DNA from: Ferroglobus placidus DSM 10642
GTDB lineage: Archaea > Halobacteriota > Archaeoglobi > Archaeoglobales > Archaeoglobaceae
Direction: 5' to 3'
DNA: 32,000 bases
Assembly (NCBI RefSeq): GCF_000025505.1
Contig: NC_013849.1
Span: 810,001-842,000 of the forward strand
The notes below the pieces were generated by a model. That model saw nothing but the letters and a program-made list of their open reading frames with translations. It did no database searches and was not told where the DNA came from. Of the stretch, positions 1 to 8,296 are shown piece after piece; within the stretch, counting starts at the first letter, position 1, and each line of letters opens with the position of its first letter. The position numbers and the translations under genes are program-made.

Positions 1-140
1 AGGGAAAAGACAGAGCTGTGATAATTTCGGCTATAGACAACCTCGTGAAGGGGGCGAGCGGACAAGCGGTTCAGAACATGAACGTCATGTTCGGGCTGGA
101 GGAGGATGAGGGTTTGAATTACCCGCCGCTGTTCCCATGA
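1..140 (+). CDS. argC: N-acetyl-gamma-glutamyl-phosphate reductase, C-terminal end (5' part lies upstream of the window)
   Basis: Frame 3 reads [45 protein letters not shown] and stops at TGA 138-140. The [15 protein letters not shown] block is the conserved ArgC C-terminal signature as I recall it. It is absent from the ORF track because there is no start codon in the window. Confidence 0.75.
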   Translation, partial: GKDRAVIISAIDNLVKGASGQAVQNMNVMFGLEEDEGLNYPPLFP

Positions 141-853
141 GCTGCGAAGACGCTTTGAAGGAAATAGCCAGGAAAAAGCTCCTCTTCGGAAAAGATCTCG
201 TGAAGAAAGTGGTGGAGTGCGAGGATGCTCCAGAGCTTGTGGTGAAACTCGCCGACGAGCTTGATGAGATCAGCGATGGATGGTTTTCCGTTCACGCGAT
301 CTTCATACTCTCGATAATCGGAAACGACAGAGCTTTCGAAGCTCTGAAGCACATAGTGTCGACGAGAGACCTCGGAGACTTTACAGTCGAGGACTTACCC
401 TACTTGTTCGCGAGGTTTGAAGGAAAAGCGAGTGAGCTGAAGGAGATCGTGGAAAACGAGAATTTCGACGTTTTCGTAAGACTCGCGGCTTTCAAGGCTT
501 TAATGCATTTAAGTAGGGAAGACGCCGAACTCGTTGCGGAGAAACTCCTCGAAGAAGTAAAAAAGAAAAAGGACGAGAGCTGCGTCTTTCTCATGTACAT
601 TTCAGCTCTCGGAGGGAAGTTCAGGGAGGAGTGTTTAAAGCTCGCCGAGGATTGCGAAATTCACCCAGAAGATCTTCTAACTGAACTCGATTTCAGACTC
701 GAAGATCCCTGGGAGCACTTCAGCCCCGAAAGCCTTCTGAGGCTTTACAAAATCAACTACGGGAAGCTAAACTTCGATAAATACGCTCCGTGTTTTTGCG
801 GCTCGGGAAAGAAGTTCAAGTTCTGCTGCTACGAAGTCTGGAAGAGGATATAG
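137..853 (+). CDS. SEC-C motif protein (C-terminal zinc-binding SEC-C domain, about 210-aa helical N-terminal domain of unknown function)
   Basis: 238-aa ORF. The C-terminus [16 protein letters not shown] matches the SEC-C metal-binding motif. The ATG overlaps the argC stop (ATGA at 137-140), suggesting co-transcription. Confidence 0.7.
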   Translation: MSCEDALKEIARKKLLFGKDLVKKVVECEDAPELVVKLADELDEISDGWFSVHAIFILSIIGNDRAFEALKHIVSTRDLGDFTVEDLPYLFARFEGKASELKEIVENENFDVFVRLAAFKALMHLSREDAELVAEKLLEEVKKKKDESCVFLMYISALGGKFREECLKLAEDCEIHPEDLLTELDFRLEDPWEHFSPESLLRLYKINYGKLNFDKYAPCFCGSGKKFKFCCYEVWKRI

Positions 854-857
854 AAGG

Positions 858-1940
858 CTATCCGGACTCGATTCTTTCGAGCAGCTCTTTAGGAAGAAAG
901 CTCTTAACGAACTCGTAAACTTTTGGAGAAACCCAGACCACTCTTTTCCATCCACCTTCCCCCTTCAAAAAGCTTGGAGATTTTAGATAAGCGAAGCTAA
1001 CTCCAGCAAACCCCTCCACTTGCCAACCAGCTATCAATTTCTCCATCTCTTCGAAAGTCAAGCCGACGGGAGTCTTCTTTTTGTACTCTCTGTCCACGAT
1101 TCCAAAGCCGTCTTTTTCCGGAATGTAGAAAACTATGGTTTCGGCAAAATTTCCGGCTAAAGGAGGATTTTCGAGAACTCTGTGAAGCTTTACTCTCTCG
1201 ACTTTTCCTTCCGTCATTTCTTTCACAGCCTCGTTAACTCCCGAGTACTCCCCTTCTTTCTCGCTGATCACCTCTCCCTTCTCTATGGGAAAGTAGTACT
1301 CCACGACCTTCAGCTCTTCAGCATTCCTAGCCTCTGCATAAGTCGTTCCGCAAGGCGAAGGTCTTTCCGGAGTTATCACGCAGACGTGGTTCGGCAGGTA
1401 AACCTGACAAGATTTGCAGCCGTAAAATCTATCAACGCTTATCTCTTTCAGCTCTCTTAACCTTTCCTCTCTCTTTTTATGAATTTCCTCAGCCCTTTTC
1501 TTCAACTTCTCGAATTCTTCCCTCTCGCAAACTATTCTGACTTTAACCGATTTTACAGCGGGAATAGACTTTACTGCTTCGTAAATAACTTTAGCGACGC
1601 ACTCCGCCGAAAACTTCTCTTCAGCTTCTTTGGAAATTTTTATCAAAGCCCTCTCCTTTCTGAAGGAGTAAGATACACCCTTCATCCTGTTTATCACTTC
1701 TCCAAAGAGACTCTCTATTGCTGAAGCCGCATCGTCGCTTATTCCGGAAACGAGAACGTGAATTCCCATCACGTCACCAAGCTCACCCAATACTTCGATC
1801 CCATCCCCCTCTCCGACTTCGACGAGCTCCACGACTCTGATCTCCTTTCCCTCAACTCTCTCTCCGGAAAAAAGTTCGCTCATCTCCAAGCAATCAGCTT
1901 TCACGTCTATTTTCTCCGGATCTATGTAGCGGTGGATCAT
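858..1940 (-). CDS. CdhC / acetyl-CoA synthase beta-subunit paralogue without the Ni-site cysteines
   Basis: 360-aa ORF with collinear CdhC-like blocks: FSGERVEGKE, FYGCKSCQVYLPNHVCVITPERPSPCG, EYSGVNE, FYIPEKDGFGIVDREY, GGWKRVVWVSPK. The Cys spacing C-x2-C-x8-C-x9-C equals that of the A-cluster cubane ligands. There is no Cys in the last 163 residues. Confidence 0.7.
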   Translation of the reverse strand: MIHRYIDPEKIDVKADCLEMSELFSGERVEGKEIRVVELVEVGEGDGIEVLGELGDVMGIHVLVSGISDDAASAIESLFGEVINRMKGVSYSFRKERALIKISKEAEEKFSAECVAKVIYEAVKSIPAVKSVKVRIVCEREEFEKLKKRAEEIHKKREERLRELKEISVDRFYGCKSCQVYLPNHVCVITPERPSPCGTTYAEARNAEELKVVEYYFPIEKGEVISEKEGEYSGVNEAVKEMTEGKVERVKLHRVLENPPLAGNFAETIVFYIPEKDGFGIVDREYKKKTPVGLTFEEMEKLIAGWQVEGFAGVSFAYLKSPSFLKGEGGWKRVVWVSPKVYEFVKSFLPKELLERIESG

Positions 1941-2057
1941 TTCCAGTTGCTCCTATCCTCTGAAAATGAAAGTTGCGGAAGTCGTTAATACTCTCAATAA
2001 AAATAAAAACGAACAAATCAAAAATTTATTTGTAAAGTTACGGAGAAAAATGAAATC

Positions 2058-3908
2058 ATGAGAAAAATTTTGATCTTATTCTTGCTGATCTTTTTGGCTG
2101 GATGCGTGCAAGAAAAGTCCGAGAAGATCGCCAAGTTCAGTTCGGAGGAGGAAATGAAGTCCTACTTAATCGAATCCGGAAAAAGATCGTACGCTTCTCC
2201 CTTCTTTTTTGGAGTAAGAACAGAAGTTATCGTCAGAGAGTCTTTAGCTATTCCAACTCCCGTTCCAACTCCGATGCCAATTCCGACAGCCACACCCGCT
2301 CTGGAAAAAGCCTACGACGTGAGGTTTTCGACGACCAACGTTCAGGTGAAGGGAATAGACGAACCGGACATCGTGAAAACGGACGGAGAGAACATCTACC
2401 TCTCGCAGATAACGTACTTCATTCCCATAAGAATTCTCCCGGAGTCAAAGAAAGTGCTTCCCGAGAGGGGATTCACGAAAGCCATCAAGGCTTACCCTCC
2501 AGAAGAAATGGAAGAAAAATTCGAGCTGAAAGAGGGAGGAGAGCTTTTAGTTGCCAACAACACGCTGATAGTTCTGAAGAGAGACGAGATTCTCGCTTTC
2601 GATAAGAATAGCGGCGAGAAAGTCTGGGAGATGAAGCTGAAATGGGATTACGTCACTGCAAGGCTTTACGACAAACTGTACATCGTGACGAGAAGTCCAG
2701 TCAGCGTTTACAGGCCCTGCCCGATTGAAATAGCTGAGGTAAACGACGAACCGTTAGTTGTGAGGTGCGTGGACGTCTACCACCCGATAGAGCCAGTTCC
2801 GGCTGAAGTTACTTACACGATCATGAAAATCGATCCCGAAAGCGGAGAAGTGGTCGATAAGGTTTCACTTTTGGGATCTTACGGCTCTGTCGTTTACATG
2901 TCCGAAAAAGCGATCTACGTCAGCTACGCTAAAGCGAAAGATCCTGCTGAAATCATGTTCGAGTTCGTGAAAGCGAACGAAGACCTCTTTCCGAAGGAGG
3001 TTGTCGAGAGGATAGAGAAGCTAAAAAGCTACGACATCAGCAACAGAGCGAAGTCCGTGGAAATTCAGCAGATAATCGACAGCTACCTTTACTCCCTCGA
3101 CAGAGACGAGAGACTGAAGTTCGAGAAGGAGATGTGGAATCGCTACGAGAAATTCAGAGAGGAGAAGAAGAGAGAGTTCGAGAAGACCGAAATCGTTAAG
3201 ATTTCCCTGGAGCTTGAGCCAGTCGCCGTGGGAGAGGTGCCGGGAAGGTTGCTCAACCAGTTCTCGATGGACGAATACGAGGGTTACCTGAGGGTTGCAA
3301 CGACTTTCGGAGACGAGAACGACCTCTACGTTTTGGACGAAGATCTGAACGTCGTGGGCTCGATAACGGGTTTCGGAAAGACGGAGAGAATCTACGCTGT
3401 CAGATTTATAGCTGACAGAGGCTACATAGTGACGTTCAGGCAGATCGATCCCTTCTTCGTAATAGACCTCAGCAATCCGAGAAAGCCGGAGATAAAAGGA
3501 GTGCTGAAAATTCCGGGCTTTTCGTCGTACTTGCATCCGATCACCGATCATTTAATACTCGGAATAGGGAAAGAGGGTAGCTACGTGAAAATTTCCCTCT
3601 TCGACGTTAGTAATGCCGAAAATCCGGAGGAAGTGGACAAGTTCGTGCTCAAAGAGGTGTGGAGCGAAGTTTTAAGCAACCACCACGCATTTTTGCTCGA
3701 CAGCAAGCACAAGGTTTTCTTCCTTCCAGCCGAAAAGAACGGTTACGTTTTCAGCTACGAAGGAAACGAGCTGAAGTTGATAAAAGCCGTTGAGGCTTTT
3801 GCGGTCAGAGCGATCTACATAGACGACTACCTCTACATCGTGGGAGACAAAATCGTAGTTTTCGACGAAAACAGCTGGGAGAAGGTGAAGGAGTTCGAAT
3901 TCGAGTAA
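2058..3908 (+). CDS. secreted lipoprotein with C-terminal beta-propeller domain (COG4880 / PF09826-like)
   Basis: 616-aa ORF with lipobox LIFLAGC near the N-terminus and a Pro/Thr linker PTPVPTPMPIPTATP. The block YAVRFIADRGYIVTFRQIDPFFVIDLSNPRKPEIKGVLKIPGFSSYLHP matches my recollection of the secreted beta-propeller family. Confidence 0.7.
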   Translation: MRKILILFLLIFLAGCVQEKSEKIAKFSSEEEMKSYLIESGKRSYASPFFFGVRTEVIVRESLAIPTPVPTPMPIPTATPALEKAYDVRFSTTNVQVKGIDEPDIVKTDGENIYLSQITYFIPIRILPESKKVLPERGFTKAIKAYPPEEMEEKFELKEGGELLVANNTLIVLKRDEILAFDKNSGEKVWEMKLKWDYVTARLYDKLYIVTRSPVSVYRPCPIEIAEVNDEPLVVRCVDVYHPIEPVPAEVTYTIMKIDPESGEVVDKVSLLGSYGSVVYMSEKAIYVSYAKAKDPAEIMFEFVKANEDLFPKEVVERIEKLKSYDISNRAKSVEIQQIIDSYLYSLDRDERLKFEKEMWNRYEKFREEKKREFEKTEIVKISLELEPVAVGEVPGRLLNQFSMDEYEGYLRVATTFGDENDLYVLDEDLNVVGSITGFGKTERIYAVRFIADRGYIVTFRQIDPFFVIDLSNPRKPEIKGVLKIPGFSSYLHPITDHLILGIGKEGSYVKISLFDVSNAENPEEVDKFVLKEVWSEVLSNHHAFLLDSKHKVFFLPAEKNGYVFSYEGNELKLIKAVEAFAVRAIYIDDYLYIVGDKIVVFDENSWEKVKEFEFE

Positions 3909-3940
3909 TTTTTAAATACAATATTTTTAAAGGTGATGGC

Positions 3941-4444
3941 ATGAAACTTAAACATGCAATCTGGACTTTAATTCTCGGAGCTGTTTCGGGATTTTCGACT
4001 TTCGCGATCCTCAACTCCTTCGAGGAGATAAGGAGGTTTTCAACCTTTTTACTCCTCGCCCTCCTCACAAGCTTGCTTTTCTCGGCAGCATACAGTAGAG
4101 CGGTGAAAAAGCTGAAAAATCTGAGATTTTTTATCCCCTTCACCCTCGCAACTTTTCTCGTTTCCGTTTTCACGTTCACGCTCTACCTCGGCTTCGCTTT
4201 AATGCAGGAGCAGGCTGCATTTCTGCACGTTAGAAAAGTCGCTCTCTCAAGCGACTGCGCTTTGCTTTCTGAGGAAGATCTCGAAAATTACGACGTGCTA
4301 AGAAGAGCGTTGAAATCAGCTGAAATTAGCGGAAGTGCGATGATCAAAATTTCTCCGGAAGAGTTGAAAAAGCTGAGCAAATACTACGGCAAATGCGTAA
4401 TCTACAACGGAAGCGCTTACGAGATAAACGTGGCGGTGACGTGA
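3941..4444 (+). CDS. membrane protein, unknown function (about 3 TM helices plus a soluble C-terminal tail)
   Basis: 167-aa ORF with hydrophobic segments AIWTLILGAVSGFSTFAIL, FSTFLLLALLTSLLFSAAY and FFIPFTLATFLVSVFTFTLYLGFAL. Its stop abuts the next start (TGAATG at 4442-4447). No recognisable catalytic motif. Confidence 0.5.
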   Translation: MKLKHAIWTLILGAVSGFSTFAILNSFEEIRRFSTFLLLALLTSLLFSAAYSRAVKKLKNLRFFIPFTLATFLVSVFTFTLYLGFALMQEQAAFLHVRKVALSSDCALLSEEDLENYDVLRRALKSAEISGSAMIKISPEELKKLSKYYGKCVIYNGSAYEINVAVT

Positions 4445-4711
4445 ATGGACGAGAACTTCATTCAAGGTTTCGTTGTAGTTCTGCTGATCTTTGCACTCTG
4501 GATTCTCCTCGCGTTCTTACCGACGAGAGATCTAAACGAAAGCGTGAAGAAAAGAACGAGGGATCTTATAATCGTGGGTTTAATCCTCTGGCTCTCTCCG
4601 GATTTGAAATCAGCCGGAGCTTTCGTCTTCTTCTACGGATACGCTCTGCTCCTATACGAGAAGTATCAAAAAGGGAGAAAAGAAGTAGATAATTCGGAAA
4701 AGAAATTATAA
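4445..4711 (+). CDS. small membrane protein, unknown function (2 TM helices)
   Basis: 88-aa ORF starting immediately after the previous stop. Hydrophobic segments are GFVVVLLIFALWILLAFL and IIVGLILWLSP...GAFVFFYGYALLLY. Confidence 0.45.
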   Translation: MDENFIQGFVVVLLIFALWILLAFLPTRDLNESVKKRTRDLIIVGLILWLSPDLKSAGAFVFFYGYALLLYEKYQKGRKEVDNSEKKL

Positions 4712-4730
4712 AAACTAACGTTTCCAAATC

Positions 4731-4740
4731 TTTTATATTT
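4731..4740 (+). promoter_or_regulatory. candidate TATA box for the wHTH membrane regulator gene
   Basis: ttttatattt lies about 20 nt upstream of the ATG at 4755, in a 43-nt intergenic gap. Confidence 0.35.
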
Positions 4741-4754
4741 AGTCCCAAGAAAGA

Positions 4755-5405
4755 ATGGGCGTGAGAATCGCTCTCGACAGGAAGGTTCTCTTTCTCCTTT
4801 CCTCGGAAACTCGGATAGAGATACTGAAAAAGCTTGACGAGAGGAGAATGACTCTAAGCGAGCTATCGAGGGCTTTGAATTTATCCAAGACGACAGTCAA
4901 GGAGCACTTAAACAAACTTCTTGAGGCTGGCTTGGTAAGGCGAGTTGAAGAAGGAAGAAAGTGGATTTACTACGAACTCACTCCAGAAGGTAGAATAATT
5001 CTTCATCCAGAGAAGGTTCCTATGAAGACCATCCTTTCAACGCTCTTGGCAGTAGCTTCGATGCTCGTTGGTGTTTACGAACTGCTTAGGTTTAAAGCGT
5101 ACAAGGTCGAAAAGGCTTTCGACGTGGCGGTGAAGAAAGTTCCCACGCCTTTGCCGGAAAAGGCTCCCGTGCCAGCTCCAGCTAAAGCACCAACGCCGAT
5201 GCCGGTTCCAACGAAAACGCCGACGCCAGTGGCGATTCCCTCTCCCACTCCAGTAACTCCGCGACCTGAAATTGCGAAGAAAGTTCCGGCAATAACAGAG
5301 GCTGCGAAACCGCTCGTCGGAATTGACTTTCACTTCTACCTCGGCTTAGCTTTGATCTTCGTCGGAGTTGCTTTAATCGTTTACGTCGCGATAAAGCTCA
5401 GGTAA
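4755..5405 (+). CDS. ArsR-type winged-helix regulator fused to two TM helices and a Pro/Thr-rich loop
   Basis: 216-aa ORF. The N-terminal SSETRIEILKKLDERRMTLSELSRALNLSKTTVKEHLNKLLEAGLVRR is a typical ArsR/SmtB HTH. It is followed by TM ILSTLLAVASMLVGVYELL, the PT-rich stretch PTPLPEKAPVPAPAKAPTPMPVPTKTPTPVAIPSPTPVTP, and TM FYLGLALIFVGVALIVYVAI. Confidence 0.7.
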   Translation: MGVRIALDRKVLFLLSSETRIEILKKLDERRMTLSELSRALNLSKTTVKEHLNKLLEAGLVRRVEEGRKWIYYELTPEGRIILHPEKVPMKTILSTLLAVASMLVGVYELLRFKAYKVEKAFDVAVKKVPTPLPEKAPVPAPAKAPTPMPVPTKTPTPVAIPSPTPVTPRPEIAKKVPAITEAAKPLVGIDFHFYLGLALIFVGVALIVYVAIKLR

Positions 5406-6528
5406 CCACTTCGCCCAACCTTCCGAGCTGCCAGGCTTTTTTAATTTCCATCATCGTTAAGTCGAGGGGATCTTCAATTCTAACTCCGTGTTTTAGCGAT
5501 AAATTTCTCATCTCCGGAGAAGTAGGACCTATAGCCGGATCCCCGGGAACTCTCAACGAGACGTCGAAAACCACGAATTCGAGCTTTGTATCGTCTTCCG
5601 GCGAGTAAGCCACAGCCCCCTGCAAACCGAACAGTCCTATGATTCCCGGCGGATACTCCTCTTCGCATGCTCTAATGAACTTCTCTCCAGCCTCGTAAAC
5701 CATCTCCTGCTTGCTCTCCCTCATCGTCACGCCAAAATGTCCTATCTCTTCGTTCTTCACGGGAACGTTTATTTTCAGCTGATCTTTAGCCGGCAAATTC
5801 AGGAAACCTTGCAAATTAACCTGCCTTCTGTCCGAAAAACCGACGAAGTCGAAGTCGCCGAAAACGTCTTTCAAAGCGTAGCTGTGGAAGTTAGCGTTGA
5901 ATCTCGCTCCGAGAACGTACTCCTCTATCCTCGCTTTTTTCAATCCCTCTTCATTAATTACTCCAGCTTTGATCAACTCCTCGGCTTGCCTGTAGTAATC
6001 TTCTGGAGAGGAGGCGTAAAAGAAAGCTCTCTCGAGAGGATTTTTGGCTTGTTGAACTTTCACGACCACGAGCCTATCTATCTCCTCCGGCGATTCGAAC
6101 TTCTTCGGAAATCTTATTCCGGCTTTTTCGAGCAGGTAGTACTGCCCCTTCGGATTGTCCCTCTCTTCAGCTCGAAGCAAATACCTGTTCCCGTAAATCG
6201 GAACTCTGAATTCGTTCTCGATCCCCTCGTAGCCCACGTAGACCGCGAAGCTTCTGTTTGGAATGAAGATTACGTTCTCTTCTATCAGCTTCTCCTGAAC
6301 TTCTTCGTTGAGCATGTCTTTAAATCTGTCCAGAACTATCACTTCATCGTAGAGGTGGCGGTTGTACTTCGTGTAGAGCTTATCCCTTCCCTTCTGAACG
6401 ACAATAACGGTCTTGAATCCGAACGATTTGGCAGCCATTCCTATTTCCTTAGCCGAATGCGACCCGAAAATTCCAATAGAAACGCTGTCGTAACTTTCAG
6501 CTATTTTTTTTGCCTTTTCGCTTATCAT
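5398..6528 (-). CDS. purP: 5-formaminoimidazole-4-carboxamide ribonucleotide (FAICAR) synthetase
   Basis: 376-aa ORF. The blocks IGIFGSHSAKEI...QKGRDKLY, VIVLDRFKDML, FIPNRSFAVYVGYEGIENEFRVPIYGNRYLLRAEER and PGDPAIG match the archaeal PurP ATP-grasp family as I recall it. Confidence 0.85.
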   Translation of the reverse strand: MISEKAKKIAESYDSVSIGIFGSHSAKEIGMAAKSFGFKTVIVVQKGRDKLYTKYNRHLYDEVIVLDRFKDMLNEEVQEKLIEENVIFIPNRSFAVYVGYEGIENEFRVPIYGNRYLLRAEERDNPKGQYYLLEKAGIRFPKKFESPEEIDRLVVVKVQQAKNPLERAFFYASSPEDYYRQAEELIKAGVINEEGLKKARIEEYVLGARFNANFHSYALKDVFGDFDFVGFSDRRQVNLQGFLNLPAKDQLKINVPVKNEEIGHFGVTMRESKQEMVYEAGEKFIRACEEEYPPGIIGLFGLQGAVAYSPEDDTKLEFVVFDVSLRVPGDPAIGPTSPEMRNLSLKHGVRIEDPLDLTMMEIKKAWQLGRLGEVVT

Positions 6529-7928
6529 TCTCCCACCCTCCTCAGAATGCTTTCGGCAGCGATCAACCCCGTTACGGCAGCCCCTACTATTCCTCTGCTT
6601 ATTCCAGCTCCGTCTCCTATAGCGTAAACTCCTTTGATGTTGGTTTCCATTTCCGAGTTGACTTTAAGCTTCAAGGAGTAAAACTTTATCTCCGGAGCGT
6701 AGAGGAGAGTTGAGTCGTCAGCAACTCCCGGAATAACTTTGTCGAGCTGCTCCAACGCATCTATTATGTCGTCAACGACTCTGCCGGGGTAAGCCAAGCT
6801 TATGTCTCCGGGCACAGCCGTTTTCAAAGTTGGCTGGACGAGGCGGTTGTTCTTTATCCTCGTCTCAGTGCTTCTTCTTCCGAGCCTGAGATCTTTCAGC
6901 CTCTGAACTATCGGATTCCCTCCGCCGAGCTTGGTAGTTATTTTAGCCAGATCCCTCCCCCAGTCGTTCGGAAATTCGAAAGGCTCAGTAAATCGGTAGT
7001 GTCCGAGCAAAGCGAAGTTGGTGTTGTTCGTCTTCTCGTTAGCTTTGCTGTGTCCGTTAACCAAGCAGAACTCCCCGTAATCCTCTCTTATAACCCACCC
7101 CTTGGGACAGGTGCAGAACGTTCTCATGTAGTCGTCGTGCTTTTTCGTGACAACTCTGAGCTTGGGGTCGTAGATTATCGACGTTATCTCCTCCATTATG
7201 CTCGCCGGAACCTCTACTCTAACTCCCACGTCTATAGCTTTCTCATCCTCGGCTATTACAAATCCGTACTTCTTCGTCCACTCCTCCAAGTAGCTCGCAC
7301 CACCCCTTCCGACACCTATTATGAGGAAATCGTAAGCGTACTTATCTCCCTTATCGGTAGTGATTACTCTATTCTTCGGATCTATGTCCACGACAGCCGT
7401 GTTCGTGTAAATTTCGACACCGTTCTTCTTCAGCTTATCCTCTATGTTTTTTATCACCTTAGGCAGCTCATCACTCCCTACGTGCCTCTGCCTTAATGGA
7501 ACGAACTCTATTCCAGCAGAGTTCGCTTTTCTCATTAGCTCAACTATCTTCTCCTCATCCGTTCCGTAAAGCTCATCCGGAGCACCTGCTTCGAGAAAAA
7601 TCCTGTCGACTTCTTCCATTTTTTCTATAAGTTCGTTTTCGTCGATCAATCCGAGAAAATCTCCTCCGACGGTGAAGCTTGAAGGATAATTGGGATTCAC
7701 GTAGTTGAGTTTTCCGTCCGAGAGTCCTCCCGCCCCTCCAACTCCGTAGGTTATATTGCAAGGGTTACACTTCAGACAAAAGCTTTCAGCGAGGTTGCTG
7801 GGACATTTTCTATACTCTATGCTCCTTCCAAGTTCGAAAACAGCCACTTTCAGCTTTCCAGCTAACTTGTAAGCGGCAAATAGACCCCCGGGACCCGCTC
7901 CAATTATGATTACATCGTACCTTTTCAT
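6525..7928 (-). CDS. FAD-dependent oxidoreductase, COG2509-like (uncharacterised FAD-dependent dehydrogenase)
   Basis: 467-aa ORF with N-terminal Rossmann motif YDVIIIGAGPGGLFAA and C-terminal VYAIGDGAGISRGIVGAA. It overlaps purP by 4 nt (6525-6528). Confidence 0.75.
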   Translation of the reverse strand: MKRYDVIIIGAGPGGLFAAYKLAGKLKVAVFELGRSIEYRKCPSNLAESFCLKCNPCNITYGVGGAGGLSDGKLNYVNPNYPSSFTVGGDFLGLIDENELIEKMEEVDRIFLEAGAPDELYGTDEEKIVELMRKANSAGIEFVPLRQRHVGSDELPKVIKNIEDKLKKNGVEIYTNTAVVDIDPKNRVITTDKGDKYAYDFLIIGVGRGGASYLEEWTKKYGFVIAEDEKAIDVGVRVEVPASIMEEITSIIYDPKLRVVTKKHDDYMRTFCTCPKGWVIREDYGEFCLVNGHSKANEKTNNTNFALLGHYRFTEPFEFPNDWGRDLAKITTKLGGGNPIVQRLKDLRLGRRSTETRIKNNRLVQPTLKTAVPGDISLAYPGRVVDDIIDALEQLDKVIPGVADDSTLLYAPEIKFYSLKLKVNSEMETNIKGVYAIGDGAGISRGIVGAAVTGLIAAESILRRVGE

Positions 7929-8013
7929 ACATTTGTCGGCTCTTCTGCTATGGTGTATTTAACTATTTTGTAAGCGATAGCCATACAAATTCGTCTTTCC
8001 ACAGATCGAAAGG

Positions 8014-8288
8014 ATGGCAGAAAGAAGCTTGGATTGGATTCGTCAAGCAAGAAGAGACGTTGAAATGGCTGAATATGCTACGAAAAGTGGATTCTACGAA
8101 TGTCCTGCTTTGCCGCTCAGCAAGCTGCCGAAAAAGCGGTAAAGGCTGTGTTTCAGAAATTGGGTGCTCAGGCTTGGGGAATTCAGTTTACGAGCTGCTA
8201 AAAATACTCGCGAAAAAGTTGAAGTTCCAAATATTACATTCCAACCCGATATCCAAACGAGTTTGAAAAAGGAAGTCCTTACGAATAA
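8014..8288 (+). pseudogene. HEPN-domain gene remnant with multiple frameshifts and truncation
   Basis: HEPN-like peptide pieces occur in different frames. These are MAERSLDWIRQARRDVEMAEYATKSGFYE (from ATG 8014), CFAAQQAAEKAVKAVFQKLGAQAWG, SVYELLKILAKK, VEVP, and RYPNEFEKGSPYE followed by TAA 8286-8288. At least three frame changes are needed to join them. Confidence 0.65.
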
Positions 8289-8296
8289 TTGAGAGT

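Noticed and set aside
5737-6627. 296-aa ORF antisense to purP. Similar long antisense or alternate-frame ORFs occur at 2102-2605, 3021-3551, 6999-7496, 8829-9386, 26075-26512 and 29817-30179
   Set aside because: Each lies entirely within a strongly supported gene on the other strand or frame. They have low-complexity or Arg/Ser-rich composition and no recognisable motif. Shadow ORFs of this kind are typical of coding regions with biased codon usage.
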